Under the pieces are notes generated by a model. It did no database searches and had not been told where the DNA came from. It was given only the letters and a program-made list of their open reading frames with translations. Shown piece by piece: positions 20,154-30,382 of a stretch of DNA of 64,000 bases. Source of the stretch: Nitrospinota bacterium (GTDB lineage: Bacteria > Nitrospinota_A > UBA7883); NCBI GenBank assembly GCA_965223725.1, contig CBDCXE010000006.1:34357-98356 (forward strand), written 5' to 3'. Position 1 is the first letter of the stretch; every line of letters starts with the position of its first letter. The translations under genes were made by a program, and so were the position numbers.

Positions 20154-21314
20154 GTGATTTTGAAAGTTTCTCATCTTGCCAGACAGCGCCGAACGCTTCC
20201 AAATCAACGCAATGAACAGCCCAAAAACAGCGTCCCGCTCCGTTATTATTTACCGGTTTTGCTCATTTTGCTGCTCCAGGCCCCGCTGGCGGAGGCGGTA
20301 TCCATGAAAGATTTCCATATCCATGGCTACCTGGACCTGGAGTATAAGCAGTCGAACAAGGATATCCATGCCGGCTTCAGCGAAGAATCCCCAAACCTGA
20401 AAAACGGATCGTTCGACCAGCGGCACCTGAACATTTTGATGGATTTCAAGGTATGGCCCAAGCTGTTTGTCAAAACCCATGTGGAGTTTGAGCATGGTGT
20501 GAACCCAAGCTCGGGCGACTCTGGCATTGTGCTGGAATATGCGTTTGTGGAATACACCCATAACAACGCAATACAGTTGCGCGGGGGCAAGATGCTCAGC
20601 CCGTGGGGTATCTATAACGAGATACGGGACGCCACGCCCACTTATCTTTCGGTGGGCATACCGGAGCTGCTCTACCGGGCGGAGGAGCATGGTGGGTTCG
20701 CCTTTATACCGAAATGGACCACCGGCCTGGCAACGCTGGGCGCTATTATTGTCGACTCGTCACACAACGACCTTGAATACACTGTTTACCTGGGCAATGG
20801 AGAGTCCAGGCTGACCACCAACGAAAGCCGGCACGACGACAACCAGAACAAGGCGATCGGCGCCAGGGTCAATTTCACCACCCACGATGGTGTATATCAC
20901 GTCGGCGTTTCCGGGTTTTACGGGGACAAGGCCATCGACAATGACAGCCTTTCGGAAAGACATTTTAGTTTTACGACCCATGCTGTTTACACCAGGGGCG
21001 ATTTCATACTGAGCGGAGAATATGGATATTCCGAGCTGTCCAAATGGAAATCAAAAGCCTGGTTTCTCCAGCTTTCGCGCAGGATTGGCAAATTCACGCC
21101 ATATTTACGCTACTCCACGCTCGACCCGTTAGACTCTGTCAGTGATGACGACTGGACCAGATATATCGCCGGATTGAACGTGAAAATCATGGACTTTCTG
21201 TTTTTCAAGGCGGAGTGGAACCAGAATATGCGCGGCGAAAACAACACATCCATCGTCGGCGATGACGACCCGGATTATGGCGAGTTCCGCGCCGCCATCG
21301 CGGTCTTGTTCTAG
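20154..21314 (+). CDS. Outer-membrane porin (OprO/P-like beta-barrel)
   Basis: Signal peptide, EFEHG..LEYAFVEY, amphipathic strands, DDNQNKAIGAR, C-terminal Phe; start uncertain. Confidence 0.75.
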   Translation: MILKVSHLARQRRTLPNQRNEQPKNSVPLRYYLPVLLILLLQAPLAEAVSMKDFHIHGYLDLEYKQSNKDIHAGFSEESPNLKNGSFDQRHLNILMDFKVWPKLFVKTHVEFEHGVNPSSGDSGIVLEYAFVEYTHNNAIQLRGGKMLSPWGIYNEIRDATPTYLSVGIPELLYRAEEHGGFAFIPKWTTGLATLGAIIVDSSHNDLEYTVYLGNGESRLTTNESRHDDNQNKAIGARVNFTTHDGVYHVGVSGFYGDKAIDNDSLSERHFSFTTHAVYTRGDFILSGEYGYSELSKWKSKAWFLQLSRRIGKFTPYLRYSTLDPLDSVSDDDWTRYIAGLNVKIMDFLFFKAEWNQNMRGENNTSIVGDDDPDYGEFRAAIAVLF

Positions 21315-21327
21315 ACAGAATACCGCA

Positions 21328-21810
21328 ATGTATAGCTGCCTCCGCCTGATCGGCTCGACGGTTGTGACCGCCATACTCATGGCGATGATAGCCATGGACC
21401 CCGACCCGGCCTTCACCAGCGACAGCGGGCTGGTGGTGGTCGCAAACAAAAACAACCAGGTCAGCTCCCTCACAAAAAGCGAAGTCAAAAAGATCTTTCT
21501 GGGCAAAAAAAGATTCTGGAACACCGGCGTTTCCGTGGAGACCTGCGACCTGGTCGAGACCGGTGTCCGCAGCAGCAAAACAGCAAGGGCCCGGTTCAGC
21601 CGGCAGTTTCTGGGCAAGGATCTGGTGAAACTGAAAAGCTACTGGATCAGGATGATCTTCTCCGGCCGGGGCCACCCGCCGGTCAGTTTCGACAACGCCG
21701 GAGATGTCATTAAATTTGTGGCCAGGGATGAGGGTGGAATAGGATATTTGTATCCGGCGGATGTGACGGATGATGTGAAGACGCTTACAATAACCAACGA
21801 CGGTGAATAA
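21328..21810 (+). CDS. Small periplasmic binding-protein-like protein (PstS-like annotation class)
   Basis: VVVANKNN..SLT..EVKKIFLG...YWIRMIFSGRG.PP...VIKFVA..GGIGY. Confidence 0.75.
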   Translation: MYSCLRLIGSTVVTAILMAMIAMDPDPAFTSDSGLVVVANKNNQVSSLTKSEVKKIFLGKKRFWNTGVSVETCDLVETGVRSSKTARARFSRQFLGKDLVKLKSYWIRMIFSGRGHPPVSFDNAGDVIKFVARDEGGIGYLYPADVTDDVKTLTITNDGE

Positions 21811-21869
21811 AATTGCAGACGCAGGGGCTTTTGTAAACTGGATCCATACGGATACTAATTGCTGAAACA

Positions 21870-23429
21870 ATGTCATCCAAGCTAAACATTTCGATCCGAG
21901 CCAAGCTGTGGGGGGGCATGGCGCTCTTTTTCATCTTCTTCATGCTTATCTGGTATCTGACATTTAATACTTCCGATAAAATCATTGGCTATCTCGACTC
22001 TTCCAAAGTGGAAATCATGAAACAGTCGGACAGACTGCGCCAGTCGTTGCAGGATGCGGAACAACTGATAAGCGACGCCGCCCAGCTGGGCGATAAAGAC
22101 ATACTGGGGGACGCGGACGAGAAGGCGGATGAATTCAGAAAAGCGCTGGCTCATCTTAAAGCCCTGGATGGCGACCGGGTGGTGGAATACGATTTGACGG
22201 AGCAGCGGTTCGACCTGTACTACAACAACGCCCGGCAGGCGGCGCAGATCATCATCAACGGCGGTTCCTTTGACGGGGAGATCGTCTCCCACGCGGAGCA
22301 GGTGGGCCGCACGCTGCCGGCCCTGCGCGAGGATGTGGGCCAGATACTCACCCGCAACTACGACTCCTTCTCCGCATTGCTCAACCAGGCGACCGGCCTC
22401 TCCTCCCGGCTGATCAAGGGCAACTCCGTCCTGCTTTTAATCCTCTTTTTCATATCGATGATATTCGCGCCGTTGATAATAAGATCGATAACCAAACCGA
22501 TAGGCCGCCTGGTTAGGGCCACCCGCGAAGTGGCGGATGGCAACCTGGACGCCAAGGCGCAGGTGACCGCCCATGACGAAATCGGCAAGCTGGCCGAAGC
22601 GTTCAACGATATGACGGAAAAACTGAAGGAGAAAAGCGCCGCACTGGAGAAAACCACCAAGGACCTGAAGCTGGCCAACATCGACCTGAAGGAGGCCGAC
22701 CGGCTGAAGTCGCACTTCCTCGCGTCGATGTCCCACGAGCTGCGCACACCGCTGAATGCCATAATCAACTTTTCGGAGCAGATCATCGAGGATTGGGACA
22801 TGCTGGCCAGGGACAAGGAACGGTCCGCCGAAGCTAACGATATGATCAAACGGGTCAGTAAAAGCTCCAAACAGCTATTGGCGTTGATAAACGAACTTCT
22901 CGACCTTGCCAAGCTGGAGTCGGGCCATATGCGGCTAAACCTGGATAGTGGCGACCTGAAGGAGGTCATAGATGACGCAGTGGCATCGGTGGCGCCGCTG
23001 GTGGAAAACGGGGATGTCACCCTAAGCTATACGATAGATATCGATCTGCCGCAGTTCGTCTTCGACGAGCGCAAAGTGCTGCAAATGCTGATTAATCTTC
23101 TGTCCAACGCCATCAAGTTCACCAGGGCGGGACAAGTGACCATCGCCGTGGAACAGGCGGATGATTACCCGGAGGGTGTGTTGATCAAGGTGATCGATAC
23201 CGGGATAGGCATCGAGCCCAGGCATCAGTCGATTATCTTCGACCGGTTCCGGCAGGCGGATGGCGCCGATTCCAGAAACTATGCGGGAACAGGGCTGGGG
23301 TTAAATCTGGTGAAGGACCTGATAGAGCTGCATGGCGGCAAAATCGAGGTCCAAAGCAAAAAAGGCGAGGGCTCTGTGTTCACCCTATATTTACCGTATC
23401 AGGCGGTGGAAAAAGAGGGCGAACCATAG
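21870..23429 (+). CDS. Membrane sensor histidine kinase (periplasmic helical domain, HAMP, HisKA, HATPase)
   Basis: Two TMs, DEIGKLAEAFN, FLASMSHELRTPLN, NLLSNAIKFT, DTGIGI, GTGLGL. Confidence 0.92.
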   Translation: MSSKLNISIRAKLWGGMALFFIFFMLIWYLTFNTSDKIIGYLDSSKVEIMKQSDRLRQSLQDAEQLISDAAQLGDKDILGDADEKADEFRKALAHLKALDGDRVVEYDLTEQRFDLYYNNARQAAQIIINGGSFDGEIVSHAEQVGRTLPALREDVGQILTRNYDSFSALLNQATGLSSRLIKGNSVLLLILFFISMIFAPLIIRSITKPIGRLVRATREVADGNLDAKAQVTAHDEIGKLAEAFNDMTEKLKEKSAALEKTTKDLKLANIDLKEADRLKSHFLASMSHELRTPLNAIINFSEQIIEDWDMLARDKERSAEANDMIKRVSKSSKQLLALINELLDLAKLESGHMRLNLDSGDLKEVIDDAVASVAPLVENGDVTLSYTIDIDLPQFVFDERKVLQMLINLLSNAIKFTRAGQVTIAVEQADDYPEGVLIKVIDTGIGIEPRHQSIIFDRFRQADGADSRNYAGTGLGLNLVKDLIELHGGKIEVQSKKGEGSVFTLYLPYQAVEKEGEP

Positions 23430-23439
23430 GGCCGCCTGG

Positions 23440-25122
23440 TTATTTTTCGCCGGCCAGCGCTTCGGCGATATTCAGGGCGTGGTCCTTTATACGCCGGTAG
23501 TCGTTGAGCATGTCGGAATAGATCATGGTCATGCTCGGCTCCTTCCGCTCGCTGGAGAGCCGGGCCACATGCTCCGTCCGGATTTTTCGTATCTTATGGT
23601 TGATCGCGTCCGATCTTGGTTTCGCCTTGAAAAGGACATCCTTGGTCCTGTTGGCGCACCCGTTGGTCACCATATCCACATACGCGGCCACATCTTCATG
23701 CAACTCAATAATATCGTTCCAGTCGTCTTCTGTCAGCGACAGCTTCTCATTTCTCAACCGCAAATGCAGCTTCAATATTTTGGTAATATAGTCACTGATC
23801 GATTCATACTCATCCGCCATCTCCAGATGGTTCCTGCCTTCATTGGTCACTTCATGGGGCAAACCAGCCGCCAGCAGGCTGGTGAGGAACAACGATACCT
23901 CATGTTGGATCTTGTCGAGCACTTCCTCGCGGTTAAAAACCTTCTCGGCAAACTTTTTGTTGACCGAATCTCCGCCGATCGCCTCCTTTAATTGGTTCAT
24001 CATTTTGGCGACAATATCCCCCATTTTCAATATTTCCGCCCTGGTCCGCTCTATGGCGATGACCGGTGTCTCCAGCAGGACATTATCCAGGTTGGTCAGC
24101 TTCGCCGCTTTATCCACCGTCTCGCCCGGCACGATCCGGACAAGGAACGATTCCAGATACTTGATGAACGGTATAAACAGGGCGGTGTTCGCCAGGTTGA
24201 AAACCGTATGCACAGTCGCTATGCCCAGGGTGATGTGCGGGAAGGTTTCGTTGGCGCCGTCCAGCACCATCAGGCCCGGATCCACACCCAGAAACATCTT
24301 TATGAAATCGATGTAGAACACAAATATGGAAGTGATCCACAGCACCCCCAGCAAATTGAACACCACATGGCCATAGGCGGCCCGTTTGGCGTTGGTGGTG
24401 GCGCCCAGCGACGCCAGGAACGCGGTGATGGTGGTGCCTATGTTCTCGCCCAGCACCAGGGCGGCGGCTGTTTCGAAGTTTATCACGCCGGTGGTGGCCA
24501 GGCCGATGGTGATGGCCAGGGTGGCGGAAGATGACTGAACAATAAAGGTGAGGACACACCCGACCATGGCCGCCTTTAACACGCCAAAATATGTATCCGC
24601 CTGGAAAAAAGAAAACCATTCGATAAATTCCGGTACGGAGCGAATAGGCTTGAAGCCGCTTTTCATCAGCTCCAGCCCGAAGAAGACCATACCCACACCC
24701 ATGATGATCATGGCGATGAATTTGATGCGTTCGTTTTTAGTGAACAGGTAGACAAGGGCGGCGCCTCCTATCAAAGGCAAGCCATATTTCCCGATTTTGA
24801 TGACCAGTATCCAGCCGGTGATGGTCGTCCCGATGTTGGCGCCCATGATCACCCCGATCCCTTGCAGGAGGGTCATCACGCCGCTGTTCACCAGGCCCAC
24901 CACCATCACGGTTGTAATAGAACTCGACTGTACCAGACAGGTGAATATCACACCGACCCCCAGCGCCACAAACCGGTTGTTGGTCACCGCGCTGATAAGC
25001 CGCCGCAACGGGCCGCTGGCCACAGACTGGATACCATCGGATAGAAAATTCATGCCAAGCAGGAATATACCGAGTCCGCCCAACACTTTGAAAGCCATAT
25101 CAAATATTATCGTCAGTTCCAT
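23440..25122 (-). CDS. Na/Pi cotransporter family protein with PhoU domains
   Basis: Duplicated VQSSS and GANIGTT/GENIGTT motifs; C-terminal PhoU-like helices. Confidence 0.92.
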   Translation of the reverse strand: MELTIIFDMAFKVLGGLGIFLLGMNFLSDGIQSVASGPLRRLISAVTNNRFVALGVGVIFTCLVQSSSITTVMVVGLVNSGVMTLLQGIGVIMGANIGTTITGWILVIKIGKYGLPLIGGAALVYLFTKNERIKFIAMIIMGVGMVFFGLELMKSGFKPIRSVPEFIEWFSFFQADTYFGVLKAAMVGCVLTFIVQSSSATLAITIGLATTGVINFETAAALVLGENIGTTITAFLASLGATTNAKRAAYGHVVFNLLGVLWITSIFVFYIDFIKMFLGVDPGLMVLDGANETFPHITLGIATVHTVFNLANTALFIPFIKYLESFLVRIVPGETVDKAAKLTNLDNVLLETPVIAIERTRAEILKMGDIVAKMMNQLKEAIGGDSVNKKFAEKVFNREEVLDKIQHEVSLFLTSLLAAGLPHEVTNEGRNHLEMADEYESISDYITKILKLHLRLRNEKLSLTEDDWNDIIELHEDVAAYVDMVTNGCANRTKDVLFKAKPRSDAINHKIRKIRTEHVARLSSERKEPSMTMIYSDMLNDYRRIKDHALNIAEALAGEK

Positions 25123-25300
25123 CGTCTATCCCTGGATATATAAAATCAGTCGTTGCCTGCAGAAAGCAACTTTATCATATAGAAAGGCCAATGGTGTTTA
25201 AAATATTCTGTTTCTGGCCGTATAATCCTTGCAGTGGCGCCCCGCTGGCCCGGCGCCGGTGTGTGATATAATTTTACAATCGATTTTACCAGGAGCTGGA

Positions 25301-25888
25301 ATGATGAGAAATTTTGTATTGGCGATTCTGCTCTGCGCACCGCTGCTTCTTCTATCCACCCCGGCGCTGGCGGACGACGTGACCGACCAGATAGACGAAG
25401 CCCTGAAAGCATACGAGAAAAAGGACCTGTCCACGGCGCTGGCCGCGATGGAGGCCGCCACCGCCCTGATGCGTCAGGCCAGGGCCGATTATATGGTGGA
25501 GCTGCTGCCAGAGCCGCTGGCCGGCTGGACCGTGAACAAGAAGCAATCCAAAAAATCTTCATCCTCCATGTTCGGAGGGGGGATCAGCTCCGAGAAGCGG
25601 TATGACAAAGATAAAATGAACGTGACGATCAGGATGACCTCTGATTCGCCAATGCTACAGGCGTTCTCCATGTTGTTTACCAACACAGGTATTACCGGCA
25701 GCCAAAGACGCCTGGTGGTTATCGACGGACGCAAGTTTATGCATGACGCCAACGAAAACTCGTATCAGGTGATGGTCGCCAACAAACTGCTGGTGGAGGT
25801 ACAGGGCTCCAAAAAAACCGATGACAAGTTCGTCAAGGAATACCTGAAGGCAATAGACTTCGAAAAGGTAGAAAAATTCGCCCAGTAG
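25301..25888 (+). CDS. Secreted hypothetical protein
   Basis: AGGAG SD, signal peptide ending ALA-DD, LPEPLAGW motif. Confidence 0.7.
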   Translation: MMRNFVLAILLCAPLLLLSTPALADDVTDQIDEALKAYEKKDLSTALAAMEAATALMRQARADYMVELLPEPLAGWTVNKKQSKKSSSSMFGGGISSEKRYDKDKMNVTIRMTSDSPMLQAFSMLFTNTGITGSQRRLVVIDGRKFMHDANENSYQVMVANKLLVEVQGSKKTDDKFVKEYLKAIDFEKVEKFAQ

Positions 25889-25972
25889 ATTTAACCACGG
25901 CCACCCGAGTGCCATCCCTGCATGGCGAAGCCGCTGGCGGAAAGCTCAAAAATTCGCGCAGCAGGTTTAACC

Positions 25973-27550
25973 CTACCTGAACTGCCCCACATGGTAAATG
26001 TCGGTGTAGAGGGCGATCTCTTCGCTGGTGGTGGCCAGGTCGTCCAGCGACAGCTCGCTTATATCCCGCTTGCCGCATATCCGCGCGAAGTCTGTAAGCT
26101 GGCTTTTCGTTAGCTCAAAATATTTCGCCAGCATGTTCGCGGAGGTTTCCACGTCCAGCCGCTTGCGGTATTTTTCATTCTGCGTGGCGATACCGACCGG
26201 GCAATTGCCGGTATGGCAGGCGCGGTACTGCTGGCAGCCGATGGCGATCATCGCCGACGTGGCGCAGGCGACAGCCGTGGCGCCCATGGCGATCGCCTTG
26301 GCGAAATCGGCCGGCATACGCAACCCACCGGTGATCACCAGGTCGACCTTGGCGCCTTCCGAATCGAGAAAACGCACGGCCCTGCTCAGCGCATATAGCG
26401 TCGGCGCGCAGATGTTATCCTTCACATGTTTCGGGGCCGCCCCGGTGGCGCCGCCCCGGCCATCGATTGTGATGTAATCCGGCTCGCATTCCAGCGCCGC
26501 CGCAACATCCTCTTCCACCCGGGCCGCCGCTATCTTGATGCCCAGCGGTTTTCCTTCGATTATCGACCGGATCTCCGCCACCCGCTGTTTCATCTGGGCC
26601 ACGGAGGATATGTCCCGGAACCGCGAGGGCGAGATGGCATCTTCGCCCTTGCCCAATTTGCGTACTGCGGCGATCTCCTCCGTCACCTTGCGCGCGGGCA
26701 ACATCCCGCCCATCCCGGCCTTGGCCGCCTGCCCTATTTTAATCTCCACCCCGTCGGCTCTGGCCATCGCCTCTTCTGTCCAGCCAAAATAGCCGCTGGC
26801 CATCTCCAGGATATAGGTTTTGGCGGCGTCCCTCTCCGCCCCCAGCATGCCACCCTCGCCGGAGCAGATCAGCGTGCCGGCCATGGCGGAGCCTTTTGCC
26901 AGGGCGATCTTCGCCTCGCGCGACAGCGCGCCGAAACTCATGTGGGATACATAAACCGGCATGCTTATCTTTATCGGTTTTTCCGCGCCTTTGCCCAGCG
27001 TGGTCTCCAGGTTCACAGCTTCATCATCCAACAATGGTGGATTCGCCAGCTGGCCGGGAAGGAACACAACTTTGTCCCACAACGGTTCTTGCCGGGCTGT
27101 CCGCATCGGCTCGGTATAACCGTGCGGGCCAACCCAACCGTCCGCCATATGCTGAACCATATCCATCCGATCCTCTACTTCATCCTCGCGACGGCGCCAT
27201 GGACCAAGGTAATCCGCCGATTGGACCGATTTATCCGGTTCACTTACTTCCACATATATCCCGTCATCACGGATATCGACATTAAAGGTTTCTAGTCGGT
27301 TCTCAGGATTGTAGGCAGAGACACCGGTCTCAAGGTCAAAATCCCAGTTATGCAAGCCACACACAACCTCACCCCTGTCTAGCTTTAACCTGCCATCGCA
27401 TAGCTGACCGCCCAGGTGTGGACATTTGTTATCCAGCGCATAGTATTCCTTTTCGGTTCTGGCAAGCAGCATTGAACGCCCCCCGGCGGTGACGCATTTT
27501 ATTTCGCCGACAGACAGCTCATCTGGAATTGCGATTTTATGGTATGACAT
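25973..27550 (-). CDS. Rieske [2Fe-2S] domain fused to FMN-binding glutamate-synthase-like domain
   Basis: CPH..CGLH Rieske ligands; MSFGALS, EIKIGQAAKAGMGG, ITIDG..GATGAAP, CQQYRACHTGNCP [3Fe-4S]. Confidence 0.88.
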   Translation of the reverse strand: MSYHKIAIPDELSVGEIKCVTAGGRSMLLARTEKEYYALDNKCPHLGGQLCDGRLKLDRGEVVCGLHNWDFDLETGVSAYNPENRLETFNVDIRDDGIYVEVSEPDKSVQSADYLGPWRRREDEVEDRMDMVQHMADGWVGPHGYTEPMRTARQEPLWDKVVFLPGQLANPPLLDDEAVNLETTLGKGAEKPIKISMPVYVSHMSFGALSREAKIALAKGSAMAGTLICSGEGGMLGAERDAAKTYILEMASGYFGWTEEAMARADGVEIKIGQAAKAGMGGMLPARKVTEEIAAVRKLGKGEDAISPSRFRDISSVAQMKQRVAEIRSIIEGKPLGIKIAAARVEEDVAAALECEPDYITIDGRGGATGAAPKHVKDNICAPTLYALSRAVRFLDSEGAKVDLVITGGLRMPADFAKAIAMGATAVACATSAMIAIGCQQYRACHTGNCPVGIATQNEKYRKRLDVETSANMLAKYFELTKSQLTDFARICGKRDISELSLDDLATTSEEIALYTDIYHVGQFR

Positions 27551-27656
27551 TGAATTACTCCCGGTAAATTCAGATTAACATGTTTAAATAAGAGCCCTTT
27601 TGAATTATAGTTGATAGCTATGATTTCAAACAAATAAAAACTGGGGGAACAAGCCA

Positions 27657-28919
27657 ATGCCAAAGCTTTTATTGAAACTGATCATATGCGCAATCCTGAT
27701 CACGCCACTTGCCTGCAGCACAGAAGATGATGGCGGCGGTGGAGGAACACCGGAAATCGTGTTCACCCCTGTGGTGGGTGGCATACTCCTGCCAACAGGC
27801 CTGACAAACGCAGGCGACGGATCGGGCAGGCTGTTCGTGACAGAGAAGGGCGGAAGAGTAAAGATTGTTAAAAACGGCGCGCTGATTCCACAGCCGTTCC
27901 TCGATATATCCCGCCGGGTGTTAACAGCGCATAGTGAGTCGGGGCTGCTCGATATCACTTTCCCACCGGGCTATGCTTCCAAAGGTTATTTCTATGTGAA
28001 CTATGTGAACAGGAGGAACCAGACCGTTATTTCGCGGTTTAACGTATCGGGCAATCCGGATATTGCGAACCCCTCCAGCGAGCGTATCCTGCTGGTGATA
28101 TCCAGAACCCACACAAACCATTACGGCGGCCAGATGGAGTTCGGCCCGGATGGATACCTGTATATAGGTGTCGGCGACGGCAGCTTGTCTGGAAATATAA
28201 ACGACCCGAACCTGGTGGCGCAGAACAAGGGCAGTCTGCTGGGCAAAATCTTGCGGATCAATGTGGAGCCGAACATCCCTGGTTATACGATCCCCGGCAA
28301 TAATCCGTTTGTCGGCGAAGCGGGGAGCCGCGGCGAGATATGGGCGTATGGACTGCGCAACCCGTGGCGCTTCTCCTTCGACCGGGCCACCGGAGGGCTG
28401 TTCATCGGCGACGTCATGTATGACGGGCCGGAGGCGGTATACCATCAGCCGGCAGGCTCGCCCGGCGGACAGAATTACGGCTGGTCGATCCTGGAAGGGT
28501 CGGAGTGCGCCAAGCCGGAGCTGGACTGCGGGCAGGGCGGGTTCACCAATCCTGTTTTCGAATATGGTCATGACCAGGGCGAGGCGGTGATCGGCGGCTA
28601 TGTATACCGCGGCCCTGGCAATTGCCGGATGCAGGGCAAATATATATTTGGCGATTTCATCGGAAAAATCTGGGCGATGTCCGGTGGCGATGGCGGATGG
28701 TCGGCGGAGCTGCTGCGGGATATCGGCGATGATGGCCCCGGCGCCGCTTCCAGGGATCTTGACGAGGTAAGCGACACGGAAGAGCATCATGAAAACTATC
28801 TGATATCCAGCTTTGGCGAAGGCGAAAACGGAGAGCTGTATATCGTGATATTCGATATCATGCAAGGCGGTGTGGGCGCCATATACCAGATCAGCGACAA
28901 TGGCCCGCAGGATTGCTGA
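27657..28919 (+). CDS. PQQ-dependent sugar dehydrogenase (GSDH family) lipoprotein
   Basis: Lipobox PLAC, GRLFVTEK, NHYGG..FGPDGYLY..GDG, GLRNPWRFSFD. Confidence 0.88.
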   Translation: MPKLLLKLIICAILITPLACSTEDDGGGGGTPEIVFTPVVGGILLPTGLTNAGDGSGRLFVTEKGGRVKIVKNGALIPQPFLDISRRVLTAHSESGLLDITFPPGYASKGYFYVNYVNRRNQTVISRFNVSGNPDIANPSSERILLVISRTHTNHYGGQMEFGPDGYLYIGVGDGSLSGNINDPNLVAQNKGSLLGKILRINVEPNIPGYTIPGNNPFVGEAGSRGEIWAYGLRNPWRFSFDRATGGLFIGDVMYDGPEAVYHQPAGSPGGQNYGWSILEGSECAKPELDCGQGGFTNPVFEYGHDQGEAVIGGYVYRGPGNCRMQGKYIFGDFIGKIWAMSGGDGGWSAELLRDIGDDGPGAASRDLDEVSDTEEHHENYLISSFGEGENGELYIVIFDIMQGGVGAIYQISDNGPQDC

Positions 28920-28928
28920 TTAGGGCGA

Positions 28929-29756
28929 CTATCCAGATAGCCGCCAGCAGATAATAAACAGCAGGCAGAACGCAAGGCCCAGCCGCATCTCCGCGAAGCC
29001 GACTTTCATCGGGTCGGTGGCTTGTCTGTTCGTGATGATATCGTACAGGTTGCGCAATGTCGCCAGCCCGAACGGAATAATCAAAACAAATGGCGCCGAC
29101 TCCCTGAAAACGGAAAGAACCAGAATCACAGACGCAAGCGCCAACCCGTGAACGGTCAATTCCCTTTTAAGCGCAGAGGCGCGTTCGACGGATGTGGTGA
29201 ATTGTAAACCGGATTTTATAATTGCCAAAATTCCTCTGGTGGTTATCATCCTGTCGACAAACCAGATCACCAGCAGAAGATAGAGAGCGATGATGGCTGA
29301 ATTGAACTGGTTGAGCTGTAGGTAAGCGGCGGCCGGCCCGGCCAGCGCCAGCCCGGCGATGCCGCAGATTTCCACAAACGTCACCCTCTTCTTTTTCGCG
29401 GCGCTCACCCACAGGTATGTCACGGTCAGCAAAATCGCGGGCGCGATGAACCATACAAGACCCGGCCTGTCCAGAACTGCCACTAAAAGCAGAAAACTGG
29501 TGATCGATATGAGAAAGTAAATGATGAACCATGAAACCGCTCTTGGTTTTTTGATCCCGACCGGCAGTTTGAACAGCATACGCAGCGGTGTGAACGACAG
29601 GAACCCGGACAGCGCGGAAAGAACAATCAGCGCGAACCCGGGCCATGTGATCCCATCAACTGGTCTGAACGCAAAACTGCCAGCCAGCAAAGAGACGATC
29701 ATCACCATCCAGACTCCGTGTTCCCTTGGCCATATTGGTTTGCCTGGTATGCTCAA
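28929..29756 (-). CDS. YwiC-like membrane protein
   Basis: N-terminal PREHGVW, multiple TMs, C-terminal KVGFAE. Confidence 0.75.
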   Translation of the reverse strand: MSIPGKPIWPREHGVWMVMIVSLLAGSFAFRPVDGITWPGFALIVLSALSGFLSFTPLRMLFKLPVGIKKPRAVSWFIIYFLISITSFLLLVAVLDRPGLVWFIAPAILLTVTYLWVSAAKKKRVTFVEICGIAGLALAGPAAAYLQLNQFNSAIIALYLLLVIWFVDRMITTRGILAIIKSGLQFTTSVERASALKRELTVHGLALASVILVLSVFRESAPFVLIIPFGLATLRNLYDIITNRQATDPMKVGFAEMRLGLAFCLLFIICWRLSG

Positions 29757-29864
29757 AATTTTTATCCTTGCAGGTTATTAAAATTGAGAGGTTACTCTGT
29801 ACTGCATGATATTATCCATGATATATATCATTTTTTTAACATGTAACGAGGGCTGTTGCTAACT

Positions 29865-30377
29865 ATGCCGAATATGACACAAGCCGAGCTTATGGAAAAA
29901 GCGAAGCTGATTAAACTGATAGTACTGGATGTGGATGGTGTCCTGACCGATGGCAGGATCATATATTCATCGGACGGGACAGAAACCAAGTGCTTCAATG
30001 TCCGTGACGGGCACGGGATAGCGCAGGCGCTGTTCGCCGGGCTGGAGATTGCGTGGATCTCCGGCCGCAACTCGCCCGTGACCAGCCTGCGCGCCAAAGA
30101 GTTTGGCATAGAACATGTTTTTCAGGGCAGGCATGAAAAGCTGACCGTGCTGTCGGACCTGACGGAGAAGCTGGGTATCGGCATGGAGAACGCGCTGTTT
30201 ATGGGAGATGACGTGATCGATATCCCGGCGATGGAAGCGTGCGCTGTTGGCGCGGCGCCGGCCGACGCCCATGATGACGTTTTGGCCCGGGCCGACTGGG
30301 TGACAAAAAAAACGGGCGGCAATGGCGCCGCCCGTGAAATAACTGATCTGATATTATCAGCCCAAGGTAAGCTATAG
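29865..30377 (+). CDS. kdsC: KDO-8-phosphate phosphatase (HAD)
   Basis: LDVDGVLTDG, FNVRDGHG, ISGR, MGDDVID, GGNGAARE. Confidence 0.92.
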   Translation: MPNMTQAELMEKAKLIKLIVLDVDGVLTDGRIIYSSDGTETKCFNVRDGHGIAQALFAGLEIAWISGRNSPVTSLRAKEFGIEHVFQGRHEKLTVLSDLTEKLGIGMENALFMGDDVIDIPAMEACAVGAAPADAHDDVLARADWVTKKTGGNGAAREITDLILSAQGKL

Positions 30378-30382
30378 GATAA

